DNA of 64,000 bases from the NCBI RefSeq assembly GCF_009914755.1, contig NC_060925.1; one strand, given 5' to 3'. Within the stretch, counting starts at the first letter, position 1, and each line of letters opens with the position of its first letter. This DNA comes from the human T2T-CHM13v2.0 reference genome, Homo sapiens. Of this stretch, positions 19,091 through 31,433 are shown one piece after another. A program made the position numbers and the translations under genes. The notes under the pieces are model-generated. The model had not been told where the DNA came from and did not search any database. It was given only the letters and a program-made list of their open reading frames with translations.

Positions 19091-19495
19091 AACATAGACC
19101 TTTAAAACTGAGAGGCACTGGTTTACTGTTGTCCCCCAAATTTGATTGCTTGTCTTTTTGTTATTGTTTAGTTTGAAACTTTTTCTAAATTCTGTTGTGA
19201 TTTTTTTTCTTGACTTGTGGGTTATTTAGGAATGTGTTGTTTAATTTACAAAGATTTAAAGCTTTTCTAGACTTCTTATTGCGACTGATTTCTAATTTAA
19301 TTAACCTTTATTATTAGAGAACATGGTCCATGATATTTCAGTCTTTTGGCATTTATTGATACATATTTTATTCATCATATATTTTATTGTGTTGAGTGTT
19401 ATATATGCATTTGCATATATAGTCATGCAAGTTACAATTATATAATTATAACAAATCATGGAAGTTATAAATACTTACTTTTTTATTTGTTCAAG

Positions 19496-19636
19496 GCTTG
19501 AAGCTGCAAAAGATGATTACCGTGTTCACTGTGAAGAACTTGAAAAGCAGCTAATCGAATTCCAGCATAGGAATGATGAATTGACTAGTCTTGCAGAAGA
19601 AACAAGAGCCCTGAAAGATGAAATAGATGTTCTTAG
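19496..19636 (+). CDS. HOOK1: HOOK1 exon 10: (R)LEAAKDDYRVHCEELEKQLIEFQHRNDELTSLAEETRALKDEIDVL(R)
   Basis: tcaAG/GTATG; 141 nt; within ORF 19458..19652. Confidence 0.95.
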
Positions 19637-20765
19637 GTATGGCATGTCTTAAAAAATATAATTATGCCATTTCTGAGCTATTTAGTCAATTTGAGTATTT
19701 CATATTTTAATCAGGGATTCATAGGATTATTCCTGTATATCAAGTATTGATCAGTTTTTAATCCAGGCTGATAGTTTTAACTTCTTTTATGTTTGTTGTT
19801 TGGGCTTGCAGTTCATGGATAATACTCAATTTTTATTAGGACATTTTCACATTAGAACCCATAAACCCAAAATGAGACCTTTAATTAAAATTTTATAAAT
19901 GGAGTACTTATAGATACATTTAACTTGACCTCCCTGTACCTGTCATATTTTGTGAAATTTTTGTGTAAGGAAATTTTTGTGTAAGGAAATGTCAATCCAT
20001 ATTTTGACATTTGATAAACTATAGATCAAATATAGGCAAGAATCCTAACTTTTTTTGGGGGAGGATTGTCATTTGGCAATATAAAGTTTATATTTACTTT
20101 TTTCATGTGAAATGTTACTCAGTGAACAGTCTGTCCACGTGATCTTTATTTTTTTTGTTAATTTTTCTTAATTATTTTTTGTAGTTCTTAATACTCATTT
20201 GAAACAAAATTTGTGTAACCATTAATTTGGACCTGCTTGCGATAGTGAAGTGATTTGGTTTATTTGTTTGTTCGTTTATTTATATATTTAAGTCAGGTAA
20301 GCACAACTCCAAAGGGAAGTGCTTTGCCTGACAAGTTTATAAATTTAATCAACGTCCTAAATACAGTTGAGTCAAATACTTGGAAGGAAACTATGCTGAA
20401 TGTTGTACACAAAGGAAGGTTGGCCTGTAAGCTGCAGAGCAGCTGATTTGTTTAATTTTATGTACAAATCATTATTTTTTATTCATTGTGCTAATATATG
20501 AAACAGTTTGATAAATTAGTGTGTCAGATTTGAAGCATTTTTATTTTGATGGCTTTATACCAAATAGGTTGAACTTTAAATGGATTTAGGCTAGAGTCTG
20601 TTTCCAAAGTTCTTACAAAGTTTACAATTTCCTCTTCTCACTCACTCACATTTACTTTTCTTTTTTCTTTTTTGTGATAGTTTGGAAGATTCATTTTATA
20701 GCCAGAGTAAAATTATGAGTATATACTAGTTTTTGTACAGTAATGCTTAGTCTTTATGATTATAG

Positions 20766-20967
20766 GGCTACCTCTGATAAAGCAAATAAACTGGAGTCAA
20801 CAGTTGAGATATATCGTCAGAAGCTACAAGATCTGAATGACCTTCGCAAGCAGGTGAAAACTTTACAGGAAACCAACATGATGTATATGCATAATACAGT
20901 CAGCTTAGAAGAAGAATTAAAAAAAGCAAATGCAGCACGTACACAATTAGAAACATACAAAAGGCAG
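20766..20967 (+). CDS. HOOK1: HOOK1 exon 11: (R)ATSDKANKLESTVEIYRQKLQDLNDLRKQVKTLQETNMMYMHNTVSLEEELKKANAARTQLETYKRQ
   Basis: tatAG/GTAAG; 202 nt; within ORF 20743..20994. Confidence 0.96.
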
Positions 20968-21523
20968 GTAAGAAACATCTTAATTTTTAATTGATAAAAT
21001 TGTAAGAGTTTAACTTTGTTATTCCTTTTGATGTCTTAAGAATGGTAAAGAAATTGAGAAGCGTTGCATGTAATAAGCTATGAACTTATTCTGATGAATT
21101 TCTTTCTTTAATTTTAATTCAAGGATTGATAATTGAGTTTGAGTTATCTGGGTCTTTTACCTTTTTACTGCCTCCTGAAATTATTTTTTCTTTTGAGATT
21201 TTATTGTTTATTAGCATTTCTGGTAAGCAGGGTTAATGCCTTAGAGAATGGAGCCGTAACCTAAATTCTGTTTTTCTGTTTACTAAATAGCATTAGTAGG
21301 CTGACTTTTAATTTCTTTGGCAAAACTATTATTTGAATATTTTTAGTTTTATGTTAATTCTTATCTATATGTTATTTTCCACAAGTATTTAAAATTAGAC
21401 TGCAATTTTAGTGTAGATATTTATTCATAATCAGTTTTTCATTTACTCAATTCTGAAAGACTATTGAGATTTATACACTTATATACTTTTAAGGACCTTT
21501 TTTCCTTTTGTTTCTGACATTAG

Positions 21524-21634
21524 GTTCAAGATCTTCATGTTAAACTTTCCTCCGAATCCAAGAGGGCAGACACACTAGCGTTTGAAATGAAGCGGCTTGA
21601 AGAAAAACATGAAGCTTTACTTAAGGAAAAAGAG
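21524..21634 (+). CDS. HOOK1: HOOK1 exon 12: VQDLHVKLSSESKRADTLAFEMKRLEEKHEALLKEKE
   Basis: attAG/GTAAA; 111 nt. Confidence 0.95.
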
Positions 21635-23124
21635 GTAAACATAGATATAATTGATAAGGAATATTTCATTGTTCTTTTAGTTTTGTAATGCCCTTGCTGT
21701 TTCTATAATCGTGGTGATGTCTACCAGTTCTCTCTTCCTCCAGATTGAATTTTTTGACATAAAAGTGTCTTGTAAAAATGACTTACATCTTCTTTCAATT
21801 TTTTTAGTTTTCTTCACAATGTTAGATGAAATGGTAGAGCCAAGGTCATAAGTCTCAATGAATATTTTCTAATTCTAGACTGTCAGTTGCATGGGATCAA
21901 GGACCATAGATAATAATTTTGCGATGGCTTTATTAAGATTTAATTTACTTACCGTAAATTTCACCTAAGGTGGTTTTCACAAGTCATTGGTTTTTAATAT
22001 ATTCACAGAGTTATACTACCATCATCATAATCATACTTTAGAACACTGCCATCACTCTAAAAAGAAACCTCATGCCCATCACCGTTTACCCTGCACTCTA
22101 ATCCTCTCAGCCCTACTCTTAATAACTGTTAATCTACTTGCTATCTACAGATTTTCCTAGTCTTTCTGCAATATGTAATCATACACTTGGTGATTTTTGT
22201 GACTGACTCTTGCAAGGTTCATCCGTGTTGTAGCATATATCAGTGCTGTATCCTTTTTATTGCCGAATAATGCCCCATTGTATGGACATACGGCATTTTG
22301 TTTATCCATTCACCAGTTTATGAACATTTGGGTTGTTTCTACTTTTTGGCTGTTATGAATAATGCTATGAATGTTTATGTACAAATTTTTATTTAGATAT
22401 GTTTTCATTTTTCTTGAGCATATATGCAGAAATGGTATTGATGGGTCATATGGTAACCAAGTTTAACTTCACATCCTTATCATCACCTATTATCTTTTTG
22501 ATTTTAGCTATCCTAGTGGATATAAATTGGCATGTCATTGTGTTTTTGATTAGCATTTCTCTACTGACTAATGTTGTTGAGCATCTTTTATGTACTTATT
22601 AGCCATTTGTATATCTTCCTTGGAAAAATGTCTCTTCAAATCCTTTGCCAATGTTTTACTTAGGTTATATGCTTTTTAATTATTGAGTTGGAATAGTTTT
22701 TTATATATTCTAGATACAAGTTCCTTGTCAGGTATATGATTTGCAGTTTTTTTTTTCTATTCTGTGTGTTATCATCTCACTTTCTTGATGATATAGTTTG
22801 CAGCACCAAGTATTACATTTTGATGAGATCAGAGTTACTTGTTTTTCCTTTTGTTGCTTGTCTTTTTTTGGTGATGTTTCTAAAAAAACCACTGTGTAAC
22901 CTAAGGTACAAAGATTTACCCTGTGTTTTTCATTTAAACAGTTTTATGGTTTTAGCTCATATATTTAGTCTGTGATCCATTTGGTATATGGTGTGAGGTA
23001 GGCATCTGGCTTTATTCTTTTGTATGTTGATATCCAGTTGTACTAGTACCACCAGTTGATAAAACTATTCTTACTACATCGAATTATTTGGTATTCTTGT
23101 TAAAAATCACTTGGCCATGATACT

Positions 23125-23405
23125 TTAATGGTGTATACATGTCATTATACATTCGTGAAAATCCATAGGGTGTATAACAAAAAGAGTAAACTGCAATATA
23201 AATGATGGACTTTAGTTAATAACAGTGTATCAGCATTGGCTCATCAATTCTAACAAATTACCACACAAATGCAAGATAGTAATAATAGGGGAGACTGAGA
23301 GTGAGAAGAGGGTAAGAGGAATGTAAAAGAACTCTGTATTTTCTGCTCAATTTTTCTAAAAACCTAAAACTGCTCAGAAAATAACCTCCATTAATAATTA
23401 AAAAG
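23125..23405 (+). mobile_element. L1MC-type 3'-end fragment, opposite orientation, nested in the host L1
   Basis: GATGGACTTTAGTTAATAA...CTGCTCAATTTTTCTAAAAACCTAAAACTGCTC; degenerate TSD AAAATCACTTGGCCAT / AAAATTCGTTTGACCAT. Confidence 0.65.
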
Positions 23406-26400
23406 GTTTAAAAATTCGTTTGACCATAAATGCAAGGGTTTATTTGTGGTCTTTTAATGGTTTACTACTGGGTTGTATGTCTAATCTTATGCTAGTACCA
23501 CACTCATATATTGATTATTGATTACTGTAGTTTTGTAGTTAAGTTTTGAAATTGGAAAGGGTGAGTTTTCAAACTTTATTCTTCTTCAAGGCTGTTTTTG
23601 TTATTCTGATTCCCTAGCATTTTCATGTGAATCTTGAAATCAGCTTGTCAATTCTTGCAAAAAAAAGGCAGCTGAGATTTTTATAAGAACTTCTTGATCT
23701 ATAGATTAATTTAGAAATGTTGCCACTTAACAGTATTAATTTTCTGATCCATGAATGTGGGCTATCATTTCATTTATTTAGATCTTAAGTGTCTTTCAAC
23801 AATGTTTTGTAGTTTTCAGTGTGCAAGACTAGCACCTTTTAAACATGTATTCCTAAGTGTTTCATTCTTTTTGTTGTTATTTTAAATAAAATTATCAATA
23901 TCATTTTTGGATTTGTTAACTGCTAATATGTAGAAATTTGATGGAGTTTTGTGCATTGATCATGAATCTTCCAGCCTTTTTGAATTTGTTTACTAGTTAT
24001 AGTTTTTTGGTAAGTTTCTCAGGATTATCTATATGTAAGATTATGACCTCTGCAAATAGAATTGATTTTACTTCTTTATTTGCAATTCTGATAATTTTTA
24101 TTTTTCTTGCTAAGTTGTACTGGCTAGAATTGTCAGTACAATGTTAAATAAAAGTGGCATGAACAGATATCATTCTTTAGGTTCTGATCTTAGGGGAAAA
24201 GCATTGAATTTTTCACCATTATGTATGATACTAGCTGTGAGTTCTTTGTTTTCGTTTTTGTTTTTGGATGCCCTCTACAAGGTTGAAGAATTTTCCTTCT
24301 ATTCGTAGTTTGTTGCATGCTGTTATCCTAAAAGAGTATCGGATTTTGTCAGATGCTTTTTCTGGATCAGTGAGATGATATATAGTATTTGTACTTTATT
24401 ATATTAATATGATGTATTACATTGATTTTTTTCATGTTAAACCGATCTTGCATTATTGAGATAAATTCTACTTGTTCATAATATATACTTTAAAAAGTAT
24501 ATTGCCAGATTCAGTTTGCAAATATTTCATTGAAGATTTTTCCATCGGTATTATAAGGGATATTGGTTTGTAATGTTCTTGTGAGGTCATACCTGGTTTT
24601 GGTATCACTGGCCACATAGAGTGAGTTGAGAAATTTTCCCTGCTTTTTTACGTTTTGGGAAAGTTCATGAAAATTGGTATTAATTCTTCTTTAAATGTTT
24701 TGTGGAGTTCAGTTTTCTGGGCCTGAGCTTTATTTGTAGGAAGTTAATAAATTACTAATTCAATCTTTTTAGTTGCTCTAGGTCTATTCAGCTATTCTAT
24801 GACTTCTTGAGCTAGTGTTACTAGTTTGTTTCTTTCTAGAGATTTGTCAATTTAATTTATCTAATTTATGGGCATACAGTTGTTTATTGTTATTTCTTCT
24901 TTATTTCTGTGAGAAACAAGAGAATTTTGCTAAGTAGTGATATCCTCTCCTTTATTTGTGATTTTTGTAATTTGAATTTCTCTGTTTTTTTTTTTTCTTG
25001 GTTAGTTTAGCTAAAGATTTGTCAATTTTGTTGATCTTTTCAAATAACTAACTTGTGGTTTTAAAATTTGTTTTCTATTCTCTATTTTATTTATTTTTAC
25101 TCTAATCTTTAATAATTCATTGGTAAAGGAACACAAATTCCTTTGTATATAAGTTTTTTTTTCCTAGTTAAGATAGAAAGTTAAGTTATTGATTTGGAAT
25201 TTTTCTTGATTTTTTTTAATATAGATACAGCTGTAAATTTACCTCAGGATTTATTTTGCTACATCCTGTGTTTTGGCATATTGCATTTTCGTTTAATTCT
25301 TTTGAATTATTTTCCCTTATGATTTCTTCTTTGACACATTGGTTACTTATGAGTATCTTGCTCAGTTTTCATATATTTGTGAATATCCTAAATCTCCTTG
25401 TGTCATTGATTTATTTAATTCCATTGTGGTCAGAGGACATACTTTGTGTGCATTCAGTCCTTTTAAATTTATTGAGCCCTGTATTATGGCCTAGCATATG
25501 GTCTGTTCTGCAGAGTGTTCCATGTGGATTTTTAAAAAATGTGTATTCTACTGTTGGGTAAAGTATTCTATATATGTCAGTTAGGTCTAGTTGGTTTATA
25601 ATATTGTTCAAGTATTCTACCTTGAATCGTTGTGTATAGTTCTATTATTGAAAGTAGGATACTGATATTTCCAATTGTTGTTATATCATCTCTTTTTCCC
25701 TTTAATTCCGTCAGTTTTTACCTCATGTATTTTAGATCTGTGAGGTTCATTTATGTTTGTAATTGTTATATCTTCCTGATAGATTGATTTTTCTAATGTC
25801 TGTCTTTTTTCTGGTTACAATATTTATCTTAAAGTCTGTTTTGTTTAATGTTAGTATAGCCCTGTATCTTTCTTTTGGTTACTGTTTGCATCATTTTTTT
25901 CACCCTTTTATTTTCAAACTATATTTGTGTCTTTTATACTAAGATCTATTTCTTTCACCTAGCATTTACTTGGATCATTTTTAATCGATTCTGCCAGTAT
26001 TTGCTTTTCAATTGGAGTTTGGAATCCATTTACATTTAATGTAATTACCGATAAAAATAGCATTTAGGTCTACCATTTTATTTTGTTTTCTGTATGTCTT
26101 TTTTTCTCCTCCATTTTTCTACTACTGCCTTTTGTGTTAGACATTTTCAATACACCAGTTTAGTTCCTTAGTTTCTTTTACAAGTTTTTAAAAGCTATTT
26201 TCTGATGGTTGTTATGGGGGATTACAATTAGCATCTTACCTTGAAACAATCCATTTAGAGTAAATGGTAAACCTAATTTCAATAGTATACTGAAAACTAC
26301 TCCAAAATAAAAACTTTTCCTCCCCTCTGCTTTATGCTGTTACATCTTTATAGATTATAAACTCATTAATACTGTTTTATAATTAATGCTTTATACTATT

Positions 26401-26449
26401 GTCTTTTAAATCAAATTGTAGACTAAAAGAGTTAAAAATACATTAATCT

Positions 26450-26452
<3 letters not shown>

Positions 26453-26519
<67 letters not shown>

Positions 26520-26798
26520 AGACGGAGTCTCCCTCTGTTGCCCAGGCTGGAGTGCAGTGACACGATTTTGGCTTACTACAACCTCTGCCTCCTGGGTTCA
26601 AGCGACTCTCCTGCGTGAGCCTCCTGAGTAGCTGGGATTACAGGCGCATGCCACCATGCCTGACTAATTTTTGTACTTTTAATAGAGACGGGGTTTCACC
26701 ATGTTGGTCAGGCTGGTCTCAAACTCCTGACCTTGTGACCCACCTGCCTCGACCTCCCAAAGTGCTGGGATTACAGGCATAAGCCACCGCGCCCAGCC
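26453..26798 (-). mobile_element. AluS with (TA)n-(T)n tail
   Basis: full Alu body 26519-26798; TA and T runs at 26453-26518. Confidence 0.93.
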
Positions 26799-27555
26799 AT
26801 TAAAATATATTTGTGTATATAGTTACCTCTGTTGGTGGTGTTTCTTTGGCTAAATTCAAATTTCTCAGTAGTGTCCTTTTATTTCAACCTGAAGGACTCC
26901 TTTTAGTATTTTTCTATAGAGAAAGTCTGCTAATGATACATTCTCTGTTGTTTTTTTTTTACTCTTGGAAAAATTTCAGTTCATCTTTCATATTCAAAAG
27001 ATGTATTGCTAGATATAAAATTCTTGTTTGACAGTCTTTTTCTTTTAGCATTTTATGTCATCCTACTGTGTTATGGCCTCCATTATTTGATGAGAAATCT
27101 GCTGTTAATCTTATTAAGGCTCCTTTTAAGTGATGAATCCTTTTTCTCTTGCTGCTTTCAAGATTTTCGCTTTGCCCTTGGCTTTCAGCAGTTTGACTTT
27201 GATATATCCAGGTGTGTGGATCCTTTTTAGTTTATTGTACTTTGAATTTGTTGAATTTCTTAGAACTGTAGATTGATGATCCAAGGTTGGAAAAAATTTG
27301 ATTTCCAGATTTGAAATATTATATTATTTAAATGTCAGGTTTTCAACAAAAATGCAAGATATACAAAGAAACAGGGTAGCCTATACATGGTAAAACAACG
27401 ACAACAAGCAGTCAACAGAAACAGCCAGTGAGGTGTCCTAATGGACGACAACAAGCAGTCAACAGAAACAGCCAGTGAGGTGTCCTAATGGGTGGATATA
27501 CTAGACTAACACAGAGAGAGCTATTCTAAGTATGTTCAAAGAACTAAAGCAAACC

Positions 27556-28060
27556 TTTTATTTTTCTTTTAAACAAAAACAAAAAAACAACACTTTATTT
27601 TAGGTTCAGGGATACATATGAAGTTTTGTTATATAGGTCAACTCATGCCATGGGGATTCATCGTAAAGATTGTTTCCTCAACCAGGTATTAAGCCCAGTA
27701 CCCAGTAGTTATCTTTTCTGCTCCTCTCTCTCCACCAACCCTCTGCTCTCAAGTAAACCCCAGTGTCTATTGCTCCCTTCTTTGTGTTCATGAGTTCTCA
27801 TCATTTAGCTTCCACTTGTGAGAACACGTGGTATTTGGTTTTCTGTTCCTGTGTTAGTTTGCTAAGGATAATAGCCTCCACCTCCATCCATGTTCCTGCA
27901 AAAGACATGATCTTGCTCTTTTTTATGGCTGCATAGTATTCCATGGTGTATATGTACCACATTTTCTTTATCCAATCTGTCATTAATGGGCATTTAGACT
28001 GATTCCATGATTTTGCTCTTATGAATAGTTCTGCAGTAAACATTTGCATGCATGTGCTAC
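27556..28060 (-). mobile_element. Short 3' fragment of an older L1PA/PB
   Basis: ORF 27801..28106(-) has the ORF2 C-terminus ([19 protein letters not shown]); 3'UTR and T-rich tail at left. Confidence 0.85.
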
Positions 28061-28219
28061 TTTTAAAGAATAAGGAAATTTTATAACTTTTCATAAAATT
28101 TGGCAAGTTTTTAGCAATTTTTCTCTTCTTCTGGGTTTCCTGTTATATTGGCATACTTGATGGGAGTCCTACAGCTCTCTGATACTCCTCTGCTGAAGTC
28201 TGCACTGAGCCCATCTAGT

Positions 28220-28417
28220 TATTTTATTTTATTTTTTTTGAGACATGGTCTTGCTCTGTCATCCAGGCTGGAGTGCAGTGGCGCAGTCATGGCTCATTGA
28301 AGCCTCAACCCCTTGGGCATCAAGCAGTCTTCTTGCCTCAGTCTCCCTAGTAGTTGGGACTATAAGCACACTCCACCATACCCAGCTAATTTATATATAT
28401 ATATATATAAATTATTA

Positions 28418-28451
<34 letters not shown>

Positions 28452-28695
28452 TTTTTTTTGTAGAGACAGGGTTTGCCATGTTGCCCAGGCTGGTCAAGCT
28501 CCTGGGAATCTGCCCACCTCAGCCTCCCATAGTGAATTGTTTGTTTGTTTGTTTTGCTTTGCTTTTTTTTTTTTTTTAGACATGGGGACTCACTATGTTG
28601 GCCAGGTTGGTCTTGAACTCCTTGCCTCAAACAATCCTTTCACCTTAGCTCTTAAAGTACTGGGATTCCAGGCATGAGCTACCACAACCAGCCCC
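28220..28695 (-). mobile_element. AluJ (internal TA repeat, 5'-truncated) followed by a FLAM-like Alu monomer
   Basis: Alu motifs at 28240-28528 and 28578-28695. Confidence 0.85.
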
Positions 28696-30459
28696 TATAG
28701 TGAATTTTTCATATCATTTATTGTTCTTTTCAACTCAAAATTTCTAGTTATTTCTTTTTAATAAATTCTCTTATACTCTCTTTGGTGAGACATTGCTATA
28801 ATTTCTTTTAATTCTTTACAAATGGTTTGCTTTAGTTCTTTGAACATACTTAGAATAGCTCTCTCTGTCTTAGTCTAGTCTGTCTACCCACTGGCACTCT
28901 CACTGGCTGTTTCTGTTGACTTCTTTTTTTTTTTTCACCCTGTGTATAGGCTATTCTGTTTGTGTATTTTGTATTTTTGTTGAAAATCTGACATTTAAAA
29001 TAATATAAAATTTCAAATCTGGAAATCAGACTTTTTCCATTCTTAGGGTTTATTGTTGTTGCTGTTTGTTTTTTTAAGTGACTTTTTGGGACTAATTCTG
29101 TAAAGCCCACATTCTTTATGTTGTGTAGCCACTGAAGTCTCTGCTCAGTTACCACAGTGGTTAGTTCATGATTGGTCAGAGATTACCATAGGTGCCTTGA
29201 GTCTTTGGTAAAGGCTGTGACAGTATGTGTGTTATAAAACACCTTCAGTGCTTAGGCAGTTTGAAATTCTGCCTTTGCCTTCCTGTTTGCTCAGGGCCTC
29301 ATGTTTATCCAGTGCTGAGACAATGCGGGCCCTCTCATGTCTTTTCTGGGCATGTGCACAGCCCTGTACTTGGCTGACCTTCGAGATCTCCGGGAACATG
29401 TCAGAGCTTTTTAAAGATTCCTATGGGCATCTTATTTCTCAGATCTTTCTTGCAAATTTTTGGCCAGGCTCTTGTGTACCATAGCCATTATCACAGCCTT
29501 CAGTACCTGTGGTGGCAAACAGTTGCTGATGATTCTATTTGCCAAATGTCTCGGAAATATTTCCTGCAGAGCAAGCAGTGACTCAGGTCAAATCATGAAG
29601 AGTCCCTACAAATGGGATTTAGGAAGCTGCAAGACAGGTTAAACAGTGACAATTCTCTGTGGATGGGGCTTTTTAAGGGAGCCCCATATCCATCCAGTCT
29701 GTGCCCATTCTGGTGGCTGCTAGAGCTGCTGGTTTTCACAGCTACAGCAATTGAAAGGCTGCTTGTTTTCAAGGTTACTGCAGAGCTGGGGAGACGGGAA
29801 TCATAGTTAGAAAAGTTAAAAGAGCAAAAAGCTTACTGTTCTAACCAAGGTTTAGCAGGTTTACTTTAATAAATGCTCACCAGACTGTTGTAGGCCTTTG
29901 GTTTATTCCCAGAATTCTGAAATAGTTGATAATGACAAATGTGCTAGTGTGTGCATTACGTTAATGGAGGAACAGATTTACAGAGGTCTTTGTGCCTGCT
30001 CCTGCTAGATTTCCAACTTTAGGGTTCAGAGATCCTTAAGGCACCTACGGACCCCTTGAATCAGTTACCAGTTTACTGCTAAATTGATTTGAAACACGTA
30101 ATGGACTAATTAGGGCTTTGTTTATTGACTTGGAACATAACAGCATTTAACACATGATTTTATATTCAGTAGTACTTTTCAAGTTCTGGGAAAATGATTT
30201 AAACATGAACGTTCTGTTCGTAACCTAGAAGTTTGTCATTGGTGTAGGCTGTAAAATAAAATAGTCAGTGATATGAAGTACCAGCTTGCTGTCCTTGGGA
30301 AATGGTGTTTTTCCGCCAATGTGTATCTCCAGGATACTACTTACCACTTCTTCCAGTTGAGTTTCACAACAGTGGTAAAAAGTAACTAGTCTCCAGCGTC
30401 TCTTACACACCAACCTATATTCTAGATCCTTGACTAATACCACCTTTGTTATTCAGAAC

Positions 30460-30622
30460 ACCTTTGCAAGGGTTTATGTATCAGTATTCCTATTTTGAAG
30501 TTATGGATACTAAAGCCAAAGAGTTATATAAGTTGCCTAAGACAATATAGCTAGGAAGTGGTGAAATTGGTATTCAAACCATGGTCTTTATGCCTCCAAA
30601 GTCCATGCTTTTTTATTACCCG
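30460..30622 (-). mobile_element. MIR SINE
   Basis: AAGTTGCCTAAGACAATATAGCTAGGAAGTGG...TTCAAACC...TCCATGCTTTTT. Confidence 0.65.
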
Positions 30623-30876
30623 TTGCATATCTGTCCTCTGTTACATAATTGCATTCATTTTGTTCAAAGATAAGCTATCTGATGGGAAAGTCAAAACCAT
30701 GTATAAAGACACATACTATTTATGTAACTGAATAGAAAATGAGCTTCTTAAAACTAAAACATTGTCACTTAAAATTAAGCAACAATTATTAAACTAGTTA
30801 AGATAAATTGTAAGCATAAAGTACATTGTTTATAGGCAGAATTAAATACTTTGCTGATATCAACAATTCTTTTCAG

Positions 30877-30964
30877 AGACTAATTGAGCAGCGTGATACT
30901 TTGAAAGAAACAAATGAAGAGCTTCGATGTTCACAAGTACAACAGGACCACCTAAACCAAACAG
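30877..30964 (+). CDS. HOOK1: HOOK1 exon 13: RLIEQRDTLKETNEELRCSQVQQDHLNQT(D)
   Basis: ttcAG/GTTAA; 88 nt. Confidence 0.95.
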
Positions 30965-30992
30965 GTTAATTTTGTTAGATTTAGAAAAGTTT

Positions 30993-31378
30993 CAGCCTGG
31001 GCAGCATAGTGGGACTCCATTCAACAAAAAATAAAAACTTAACCTGTCATGGTGGCGCATGCCTATAGTCCTAGCTCTGGGAGGCTGAGGCGGGAGGATC
31101 ACTTGAGCCTAGGAGTTTGAAGTTGCAGTGAGCTATGATTGTACCACTGCACTCCAGGCTTGGTGTGAAAGAGAAAAAGAGAGAAAGAGAGAAAGGAAAG
31201 AAAGAAGGAGGGAAGGAAGGAAGGAAGGAAGGAGCACGGGAGGGAGGGAAAGGAAGGAAAGGAAAGGAGAGGAGGAGGGAGGGGAGGGGAGGGGAGCGGG
31301 GAATTGGGTTTTTGGACAGAGAGAGACCCTATCGAAAGAAAGAAAAACAAAGAGAGGGAGGGGGGGAAGGAGGGAGGG
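30993..31378 (+). mobile_element. Partial AluJ (mostly right arm) with expanded GA/G-rich tail
   Basis: CAGCCTGGGCAGCATAGTG...GAGGCTGAGGCGGGAGGATCACTTGAGCC...CACTGCACTCCAG, then purine repeats. Confidence 0.85.
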
Positions 31379-31433
31379 TTTTTTAAAATAGTTGAAATAC
31401 TGAAATGCTAATTTATTTTTTGTTATTTTTTAG

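Larger units (their letters stand above)
16555..19420 (-). mobile_element. Old L1 (L1MC-like 3' end plus ORF2 remnants)
   Basis: AAAGTTGCAAGAATA...TTTCCTAAGAATGAGGACATTCTCTTA 3'-end signature; ORF 17152..17478 has an ORF2-like KYLGKKLTKDIQD. Confidence 0.6.
21925..29990 (-). mobile_element. Near full-length ancient L1M filling most of intron 12, with nested insertions
   Basis: continuous antisense L1 3'UTR-ORF2-ORF1-5' order; ORF 25411..25611(-) is an endonuclease remnant (DLTDIYRILYP...HGTLCRTDHMLGH). Confidence 0.75.
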
